DNA from: the human T2T-CHM13v2.0 reference genome, Homo sapiens
Length of the DNA stretch: 64,000 nt
Direction: 5' to 3' (one strand)
NCBI RefSeq assembly: GCF_009914755.1
Contig: NC_060939.1
Position numbers and translations under genes: made by a program. The number at the start of each line of letters is the position of its first letter. The stretch's first letter is position 1. Under the pieces are notes generated by a model, which had not been told where the DNA came from, made no database searches, and saw only the letters and a program-made list of their open reading frames with translations. Below are positions 1 to 11,200 of this stretch, in pieces.

Positions 1-2425
1 TTCATTTCTTATCCATTTCAAGCCATTCCACTCCATTCCATTCCACTCGTTTCCTTTCCATTCGAGTCCATTCCTCTCCAGTCCATTCCGTTCCATCCAT
101 TCCATTCCAGTCCATTCCATTCGAGTCCGTTCCATTCCAGTCCATTCCATTCGAGTCAATTCCATTCCATTCGATGTCTTTCCATAACGATCCATTCCAT
201 TCTATTCCTTTCGATTCCATTCCATTCTATTTCATTCCATTCGATTCCCTTCCATTGGACTCCTTTCCATTCGACTGCATTCCATTCCGTTCCATTTCTT
301 TCCGTTCTGTACGATTCCTACCGTTCGATTTCATTTTGTTCCAGTCCATTCTTTCGCGTCCATTCCATTCCATTTCACTCCATTCGATTCCATTCCACTC
401 GATTCCACTTCGTTCCATTTCATTGCATTCCATTCTATTCAACTCTATTGCCTTCCATTCCATTCCATTCGATTACATTCCATGCGATTCCATTCGAAAT
501 CGAATCAATTACATTGCAATCCATTACTATTGAGTCCGTTTTATTCCAGTCCACTGCATTCTGGTCCATTCCATTTGATTCCATTCCATTCTATTCCATT
601 CCATACAGTTGCATTCCATTGGATTCCATGCTATATCTATAAATTCAATTCGAGACCATTGCTTTTGAGTCCATTCTATATGATTCCATTCCATTCAAGT
701 CCATTACATTTGGTTAAATTCCATTCCATTCGGTTCAATTCCATTCCATTCCATTCCCTTCCATTCCATTCCAGTTGATATCAATCCATTCGATTCCATT
801 CCATTCGAGCACATTCCATTCGAGTCCATTCCATTCGATGCCATTCCATTTGATTCTATTCCATTAGTCTCCATTCAATTCCATTAATCTCCATTCCATT
901 CCATTCTACTCCAACTGATTCCATTCCATTCTATTCCTTTCCATTCCATTTCATTCCATTCCATTCCATTGCATTCCATTCCATTCCATTCCATTCGTGT
1001 CCATTCCACTCCAGTCCATTCCATTTGTGTCCACTGCATTCCATTCCACTCCATTCCATATTATTCCATTACACTCCATTCCATTCTATTACTTTCATTT
1101 CCATTCAATTCCATTCCATTTGATTCCATTCCACTCGGTTTCATTCCATTTGAGTCCACTCCATTCCATTCCATTCCATTCAGTTCCATTCCATTCTGTT
1201 CCATTCCATTCCGTTCCATTACATTCCATTCCATTCGGTACCATTCCATATTTTTCCATTCGATTCCATTCGAATCCATTCCATTCCAGTCCATTCCATT
1301 CGATTCCATTCCATTCATTTCAATTCCATTCCATTCCATTCCATTACATTCCACTTGATTCCTCTCCATTCCCTTCCACTGCATTCCGTTCGATTCCATT
1401 CCATTGCATTGCATTCCATTCCATTGGATTGCATTCCATTCGATTCCATTCCATTCGAATCAATTACGTAGCAATCCATTACATTCGAGTCTATTCTCTT
1501 CCGTTCCATTCGATTTCGTTCCAATCCATTCGATTCCATTCCATTCGATTCCATTCCATACTATTGCATTCCATTCGATTACATTATATTCGAATAAGTT
1601 CCATTCAAGACCATTTCTTTTGAGTCCATTCTATTTGAGTCCATTCCCTTTGATTCCATAACATTTGAGTCCATTCAATTCCATTCCTTTCGTTTCCATT
1701 CCATTTGATGCCATTCCATTCAATTCTGTTCTACTCGACTCCAATACATTCAATTCCATTCCATCCGATTCCATTACATTCTTTTCATTTCTTATCCATT
1801 TCAAGCCATTCCACTCCATTCCATTCCACTCGTTTCCTTTCCATTCGAGTCCATTCCTCTCCAGTCCATTCCGTTCAATCCATTCCATTCCAGTCCATTC
1901 CATTCGAGTCCGTTCCATTCCAGTCCATTCCATTCGAGTCAATTCCATTCCATTCGATGTCTTTCCATAACGATCCATTCCATTCTATTCCTTTCGATTC
2001 CATTCCATTCTATTTCATTCCATTCGATTCCCTTCCATTGGACTCCTTTCCATTCGAGTGCATTCCATTCCGTTCCATTTCTTTCCGTTCTGTACGATTC
2101 CTACCGTTCGATTTCATTTTGTTCCAGTCCATTCTTTCGCGTCCATTCCATTCCATTTCACTCCATTCGATTCCATTCCACTCGATTCCACTTCGTTCCA
2201 TTTCATTGCATTCCATTCTATTCAACTCTATTGCCTTCCATTCCATTCCATTCGATTACATTCCATGCGATTCCATTCGAAATCGAATCAATTACATTGC
2301 AATCCATTACTATTGAGTCCGTTTTATTCCAGTCCACTGCATTCTGGTCCATTCCATTTGATTCCATTCCATTCTATTCCATTCCATACAGTTGCATTCC
2401 ATTGGATTCCATGCTATATCTATAA
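1..2425 (+). repeat. ~1.8-kb higher-order units (left flank), D15Z1/HSat3A5-like
   Basis: Landmark CATAACGATCC at 183 and 1966 (period 1783) and KpnI GGTACC at 1237. Carries 1.8-kb-type alleles GATGTCTTTCC, TTCGCGTCC and CGAAATCGAATC. Confidence 0.88.
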
Positions 2426-3562
2426 ATTCGAGACCATTGCTTTTGAGTCCATTCTATATGATTCCATTCCATTCAAGTCCATTACATTTGGTTCAATTCC
2501 ATTCCATTCCATTCCCTTCCATTCCATTCCATTTGATATCAATCCATACGATTCCATTCCATTCGAGCACATTCCATTCGAGTCCACTCCATTCGATGCC
2601 ATTCCATTCGATTCTATTCCATTAGACTCCATTCAATTCCATTAATCTCCATTCCATTCCATTCTACTCCAACTGATTCCATTCAATTCTATTCCTTTCC
2701 ATTCCATTCCATTCGCTTCCATTCCATTCGTGTCCATTCCACTCCAGTCCATTCCATTCGTGTCCATTCCATTCCAGTCCATTCCATTTGTGTCCACTGC
2801 ATTCCATTCCACTCCATTCCATACTATTCCATTACACTCCATTCCATTCTATTACTTTCATTTCCATTCAGTTCCATTCCATTTGATTCCATTCCACTCG
2901 GTTTCACTCCATTTGAGTCCATTCCATTCCATTCCATTCCATTCCATTCCATTCTGTTCCATTCCATTCCATTCCATTCCATTGGGTACCATTCCATATT
3001 GTTCCATTCGATTCCATTCGAATCCATTCCATTCCAGTCCATTCCATTCGATTCCATTCCATTCCATTCGATTCCACTTGATTCCACTCCATTCCCTTCC
3101 ACTGCATTCCATTCGATTCCATTCCATTGCATTGCATTCCATTCCATTGGATTGCATTCCATTCGATTCCATTCCATTCGAATCAATTACATAGCAATCC
3201 ATTACATTCGAGTCTGTTCTATTCCGTTCCATTCGATTTCGTACCAATCCATTCGATTCCATTCCATTCGATTCCATTCCATACTATTGCATTCCATTCG
3301 ATTAAATTATACTCGAATAAATTCCATTCAAGACCATTTCTGTCGAGTCCATTCTACTTGAGTCCATTCCCTTTGATTCCATAACATTTGAGTCCATTCA
3401 ATTCCATTCCTTTCGTTTCCATTCCATTTGATGCCATTCCATTCAATTCTGTTCTACTCGACTCCAATACATTCAATTCCATTCCATCCGATTCCATTAC
3501 ATTCTTTTCATTTCTTATCCATTTCAAGCCATTCCATTCCATTCCATTCCATTCCACTCGTT

Positions 3563-5277
3563 TCCTTTCCATTCGAGTCCATTCCACTCCAGTCCATTCC
3601 ATTCGAATCCATTTCACTCCAGTCCATTCCATTCGAATCCATTTCACTCCAGTCCATTAAATTCGAGTACATTCCATTCCATTCTATTCAATGCCATTCC
3701 ATTCGATTCTATTCCATTCAACACCATTCCTTTCCATTCCGTTCCATCCGATTCCATTCCATTGTATTCCATTCAATTCCATTCCATTGCATTCCATTCG
3801 TTTCCATTCCATTCGAATTCATTCCACTCAAGTCCATTCCATTCGAGTCCATTCCATTCGATATCATTCCATACTATTGAATTCCATTCGATTCCATTGT
3901 TTTCGAATAAATTCCAACCGAGACCATTCCTTTCGTGTCCATTCTATTTGACTGCATTCCATTTGAGTCCATTAAATTTCTGCACATTCCATTCCTTTCC
4001 ATTCCATTCCATTCCATTCCTTTCGGTGCCATTCCATTCCACTCTAATCCATTCAAGTCCATTCCATTTGAGTCCATTCCATTGATTCGATGCCATTACA
4101 TTCAATTCTATTCCATTCGACTCCATTGCATTCCATTCCCTTCCAAACGATTCCATTCCATTCTATTACTTTCTATTCCAATCCATTCCATTCCGTTCCA
4201 TTCGTTTCCATTCCATTCGAGTCCACTCCATTCCAGTCCATTCCATTCGATTCCATTCCATTCCAGTCCATTCCATTCAAGTCCATTCCACTGCATTCTA
4301 TTCCATTCGATATCCTTCGATAACACCCCATTCCATTCTGCTCCTTAATATTCAATTCAATTCCATTCCATTTGATTCCATTCCATTCGACTCCATTCCA
4401 TTCGACTCTATTCCATTCGAGTCCATTCCATTCGAGTCCATTCCATTCCATTCCATTGCATTCCGTTCCAATCCCTATTCCATTCCATTTTGTTACTGTC
4501 CATTCCATTTGAGTCCATTCCATGAGAAACCATTCCATTCGATTCCATTCCAATAGATTCCATTGCACTCGAATCCAGTGCGTTCCATTCCATTGCTTTC
4601 CATTCTATTACATTCCATTGCATTCCATTCCATTCCATTAATTTCGAATCAATTACATTGCAATCCATTGCATTCGAGTTCTATTCCAGTCCATTGCATT
4701 CCGGCGCATGCCGTTCCATTCCATTCCATTCGCTTCCGTTCCATTCGAATCAATTGCATTGCAATGCTTTACATTCGAGTCCGTTTTATTCCAGTCCAAT
4801 CCATTCCGGTCCATTCCGTTCGATTCCATTCCATTCGATGCCACTCCATACTATTGTATTTCATTCGATTCCATTCTATTCAAATAAATTCCATTCGAGA
4901 CCATTCCTTTCGAGTCCATTCTATTTGAGTCCATTCCATTCGAGTCCATTATATTTGGGTCCATTCCATTCAATTCCATTGCAATCCATTCCATTCGATG
5001 TCACTCCATTCATTTCTATTCCATTAGAGTCCATGTCATTCGAGTCCATTCCATTCTATTCTATTCCACTCCATTTCATTCCATTCCACTCCATTCCATT
5101 CGTTGCCGTTCCATTCAATTCTATTATATTCCACTCCATTTACTTCCATTCCATTCCATTCCATTCCATTCTATCCAATTCCGTTCCATTCTATTCCTTT
5201 AAAGTCCATTCCATTCCATTCGTTTCCATTCCATTCGAGTAAAGTCCACTCCAGTCCTTTCCATTCGAGTCCATTCC
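3563..5277 (+). repeat. Representative ~1.7-kb extra module found only in 3.5-kb units, flanked by 23-bp direct repeat TCCTTTCCATTCGAGTCCATTCC
   Basis: The repeat copies lie at 3563-3585 and 5255-5277. The module carries words absent from 1.8-kb units (CCAACCGAGACC, CTTCCAAACG, TAACACCCC, TTTTGTTACTG, CCGGCGCA, GAGTAAAGTCC). Confidence 0.88.
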
Positions 5278-8200
5278 TCTCCAGTCCATTCCGTTCAATC
5301 CATTCCATTCCAGTCCATTCCATTCGAGTCCGTTCCATTCCAGTCCATTCCATTCGAGTCAATTCCATTCCATTCGATATCTTTCCATAACGATCCATTC
5401 CATTCTATTCCTTTCGATTCCATTCAATTCCATTCTTTCTATTTCATTCCATTCGATTCCCTTCCATTGGACTCCTTTCCATTCGAGTGCATTCCATTCC
5501 GTTCCATTTCTTTCTGTTCTGTATGATTCCTACCGTTCGATTTCATTTTGTTCCAGTCTATTCCTTTCAAGTGCATTCCATTCCATTTCACTCCATTCGA
5601 TTCCATTCCACTCGATTCCACTCCGTTCCATTTCACTGCATTCCATTCTACTCAATTCTATTGCATTCCATTCCATTCCATTTGATTACATTCCATGCGA
5701 TTCCATTCGAATTCGAATCAATTACATTGAAATCCATTACTATTGAGTCCGTTTTATTCCAGTCCACTCCATTGTGCTCCATTCCATTTGATTCCATTCC
5801 ATTCTATTCCATTCCGTACAGTTGCGTTCCATTGGATTCCATTCTATATCTATAAATGCAACTTGAGACCATTGCTTTTGAGTCCATTCTATATGATTCC
5901 ATTCCATTCAAGTCCATTACATTTGGTTCAATTCCATTCCATTCCATTCCCTTCCATTCCATTCCATTTGATATCAATCCATACGATTCCATTCCATTCG
6001 AGCACATTCCATTCGAGTCCATTCCATTCGATGCCATTCCATTTGATTCTATTCCATTAGACTCCATTCAATTCCATTAATCTCCATTCCATTCCATTCT
6101 ACTCCAACTGATTCCATTCCATTCTATTCCTTTCCATTCCATTCCATTCCATTCCATTCGCTTCCATTCCATTCGTGTCCATTCCACTCCAGTCCATTCC
6201 ATTCGTGTCCATTCCATTCCAGTCCATTCCATTTGTGTCCACTGCATTCCATTCCACTCCATTCCATATTATTCCATTACACTCCATTCCATTCTATTAC
6301 TTTCATTTCCATTCAGTTCCATTCCATTTGATTCCATTCCACTCGGTTTCACTCCATTTGAGTCCATTCCATTCCATTCCATTCCATTCCATTCCATTCC
6401 ATTCTGTTCCATTCCATTCCATTCCATTCCATTGGGTACCATTCCATATTGTTCCATTCGATTCCATTCGAATCCATTCCATTCCAGTCCATTCCATTCG
6501 ATTCCACTTGAATCCACTCCATTCCCTTCCACTGCATTCCATTCGATTCCATTCCATTGCATTGCATTCCATTCCATTGGATTGCATTCCATTCGATTCC
6601 ATTCCATTCGAATCAATTACATAGCAATCCATTACATTCGAGTCTGTTCTATTCCGTTCCATTCGATTTCGTACCAATCCATTCGATTCCATTCCATTCG
6701 ATTCCATTCCATACTATTGCATTCCATTCGATTAAATTATACTCGAATAAGTTCCATTCAAGACCATTTCTGTTGAGTCCATTCTACTTGAGTCCATTCC
6801 CTTTGATTCCATAACATTTGAGTCCATTCAATTCCATTCCTTTCGTTTCCATTCCATTTGATGCCATTCCATTCAATTCTGTTCTACTCGACTCCAATAC
6901 ATTCAATTCCATTCCATCCGATTCCATTACATTCTTTTCATTTCTTATCCATTTCAAGCCATTCCATTCCATTCCATTCCATTCCACTCGTTTCCTTTCC
7001 ATTCGAGTCCATTCCACTCCAGTCCATTCCATTCGAATCCATTTCACTCCAGTCCATTCCATTCGAATCCATTTCACTCCAGTCCATTAAATTCGAGTAT
7101 ATTCCATTCCATTCTATTCAATGCCATTCCATTCGATTCTATTCCATTCGACACCATTCCTTTCCATTCCGTTCCATCCGATTCCATTCCATTGTATTCC
7201 ATTCAATTCCATTCCATTGCATTCCATTCGTTTCCATTCCATTCGAATTCATTCCACTCAAGTCCATTCCATTCGAGTCCATTCCATTCGATATCATTCC
7301 ATACTATTGAATTCCATTCGATTCCATTGTTTTCGAATAAATTCCAACCGAGACCATTCCTTTCGTGTCCATTCTATTTGACTGCATTCCATTTGAGTCC
7401 ATTAAATTTCTGCACATTCCATTCCTTTCCATTCCATTCCATTCCATTCCTTTCGGTGCCATTCCATTCCACTCTAATCCATTCAAGTCCATTCCATTTG
7501 AGTCCATTCCATTGATTCGATGCCATTACATTCAATTCTATTACATTCGACTCCATTGCATTCCATTCCCTTCCAAACGATTCCATTCCATTCTATTAAT
7601 TTCTATTCCAATCCATTCCATTCCGTTCCATTCGTTTCCATTCCATTCGAGTCCACTCCATTCCAGTCCATTCCATTCGATTCCATTCCATTCCAGTCCA
7701 TTCCATTCAAGTCCATTCCACTGCATTCCATTCCATTCGATATCCTTCGATAACTCCCCATTCCATTCTGCTCCTTAATATTCAATTCAATTCCATTCCA
7801 TTTGATTCCATTCCATTTGATTACATTCCATTCGACTCCATTCCATTCGACTCTATTCCATTCGAGTCCATTCCATTCCATTCCATTGCATTCCGTTCCA
7901 ATCCCTATTCCATTCCATTTTGTTACTGTCCATTCCATTTGAGTCCATTCCATGCCAAACAATTCCATTCGATTCCATTCCAATAGATTCCATTGCACTC
8001 GAATCCAGTGCGTTGCATTCCATTGCTTTCCATTCTATTACATTCCATTGCATTCCATTCAATTCCATTAATTTCGAATCAATTACATTGCAATCCATTG
8101 CATTCGAGTTCTATTCCAGTCCATTGCATTCCGGCGCATGCCGTTCCATTCCATTCCATTCGCTTCCGTTCCATTCGAATCAATTGCATTGCAATGCTTT

Positions 8201-11200
8201 ACATTCGAGTCCGTTTTATTCCAGTCCAATCCATTCCGGTCCATTCCGTTCGATTCCATTCCATTCGATGCCACTCCATACTATTGTATTTCATTCGATT
8301 CCATTCTATTCAAATAAATTCCATTCGAGACCATTCCTTTCGAGTCCATTCTATTTGAGTCCATTCCATTCGAGTCCATTATATTTGGGTCCATTCCATT
8401 CAATTCCATTGCAATCCATTCCATTCGATGTCACTCCATTCATTTCTATTCCATTAGAGTCCATGTCATTCGAGTCCATTCCATTCTATTCTATTCCACT
8501 CCATTTCATTCCATTCCACTCCATTCCATTCGTTGCCGTTCCATTCAATTCTATTATATTCCACTCCATTTACTTCCATTCCATTCCATTCCATTCTATC
8601 CAATTCCGTTCCATTCTATTCCTTTAAAGTCCATTCCATTCCATTCCATTCGTTTCCATTCCATTCGAGTAAAGTCCACTCCAGTCCTTTCCATTCGAGT
8701 CCATTCCTCTCCAGTCCATTCCGTTCAATCCATTCCATTCCAGTCCATTCCATTCGAGTCCGTTCCATTCCAGTCCATTCCATTCGAGTCAATTCCATTC
8801 CATTCGATATCTTTCCATAACGATCCATTCCATTCTATTCCTTTCGATTCCATTCAATTCCATTCTTTCTATTTCATTCCATTCGATTCCCTTCCATTGG
8901 ACTCCTTTCCATTCGAGTGCATTCCATTCCGTTCCATTTCTTTCTGTTCTGTATGATTCCTACCGTTCGATTTCATTTTGTTCCAGTCTATTCCTTTCAA
9001 GTGCATTCCATTCCATTTCACTCCATTCGATTCCATTCCACTCGATTCCACTCCGTTCCATTTCACTGCATTCCATTCTACTCAATTCTATTGCATTCCA
9101 TTCCATTCCATTTGATTACATTCCATGCGATTCCATTCGAATTCGAATCAATTACATTGAAATCCATTACTATTGAGTCCGTTTTATTCCAGTCCACTCC
9201 ATTGTGCTCCATTCCATTTGATTCCATTCCATTCTATTCCATTCCGTACAGTTGCGTTCCATTGGATTCCATTCTATATCTATAAATGCAACTTGAGACC
9301 ATTGCTTTTGAGTCCATTCTATATGATTCCATTCCATTCAAGTCCATTACATTTGGTTCAATTCCATTCCATTCCATTCCCTTCCATTCCATTCCATTTG
9401 ATATCAATCCATACGATTCCATTCCATTCGAGCACATTCCATTCGAGTCCATTCCATTCGATGCCATTCCATTTGATTCTATTCCATTAGACTCCATTCA
9501 ATTCCATTAATCTCCATTCCATTCCATTCTACTCCAACTGATTCCATTCCATTCTATTCCTTTCCATTCCATTCCATTCCATTCCATTCGCTTCCATTCC
9601 ATTCGTGTCCATTCCACTCCAGTCCATTCCATTCGTGTCCATTCCATTCCAGTCCATTCCATTTGTGTCCACTGCATTCCATTCCACTCCATTCCATATT
9701 ATTCCATTACACTCCATTCCATTCTATTACTTTCATTTCCATTCAGTTCCATTCCATTTGATTCCATTCCACTCGGTTTCACTCCATTTGAGTCCATTCC
9801 ATTCCATTCCATTCCATTCCATTCCATTCCATTCTGTTCCATTCCATTCCATTCCATTCCATTGGGTACCATTCCATATTGTTCCATTCGATTCCATTCG
9901 AATCCATTCCATTCCAGTCCATTCCATTCGATTCCATTCCATTCCATTCGATTCCACTTGAATCCACTCCATTCCCTTCCACTGCATTCCATTCGATTCC
10001 ATTCCATTGCATTGCATTCCTTTCCATTGGATTGCATTCCATTCGATTCCATTCCATTCGAATCAATTACATAGCAATCCATTACATTCGAGTCTGTTCT
10101 ATTCCGTTCCATTCGATTTCGTACCAATCCATTCGATTCCATTCCACTCGATTCCATTCCATACTATTGCATTCCATTCGATTAAATTATACTCGAATAA
10201 GTTCCATTCAAGACCATTTCTGTTGAGTCCATTCTACTTGAGTCCATTCCCTTTGATTCCATAACATTTGAGTCCATTCAATTCCATTCCTTTCGTTTCC
10301 ATTCCATTTGATGCCATTCCATTCAATTCTGTTCTACTCGACTCCAATACATTCAATTCCATTCCATCCGATTCCATTACATTCTTTTCATTTCTTATCC
10401 ATTTCAAGCCATTCCATTCCATTCCATTCCATTCCACTCGTTTCCTTTCCATTCGAGTCCATTCCACTCCAGTCCATTCCATTCGAATCCATTTCACTCC
10501 AGTCCATTCCATTCGAATCCATTTCACTCCAGTCCATTAAATTCGAGTATATTCCATTCCATTCTATTCAATGCCATTCCATTCGATTCTATTCCATTCG
10601 ACACCATTCCTTTCCATTCCGTTCCATCCGATTCCATTCCATTGTATTCCATTCAATTCCATTCCATTGCATTCCATTCGTTTCCATTCCATTCGAATTC
10701 ATTCCACTCAAGTCCATTCCATTCGAGTCCATTCCTTTCGATATCATTCCATACTATTGAATTCCATTCAATTCCATTGTTTTCGAATAAATTCCAACCG
10801 AGACCATTCCTTTCGTGTCCATTCTATTTGACTGCATTCCATTTGAGTCCATTAAATTTCTGCACATTCCATTCCTTTCCATTCCATTCCATTCCATTCC
10901 TTTCGGTGCCATTCCATTCCACTCTAATCCATTCAAGTCCATTCCATTTGAGTCCATTCCATTGATTCGATGCCATTACATTCAATTCTATTCCATTCGA
11001 CTCCATTGCATTCCATTCCCTTCCAAACGATTCCATTCCATTCTATTAATTTCTATTCCAATCCATTCCATTCCGTTCCATTCGTTTCCATTCCATTCGA
11101 GTCCACTCCATTCCAGTCCATTCCATTCGATTCCATTCCATTCCAGTCCATTCCATTCAAGTCCATTCCACTGCATTCCATTCCATTCGATATCCTTCGA

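Noticed and set aside
3596-3655. 30-bp doublet ATTCCATTCGAATCCATTTCACTCCAGTCC
   Set aside because: It is a fixed part of every 3.5-kb unit and an ordinary old slippage product.
3563-5277. Extra module as a transposon with a 23-bp target-site duplication
   Set aside because: The module is itself CATTC satellite with the same submodule cassette. It has no terminal inverted repeats, poly(A) tail or coding capacity.
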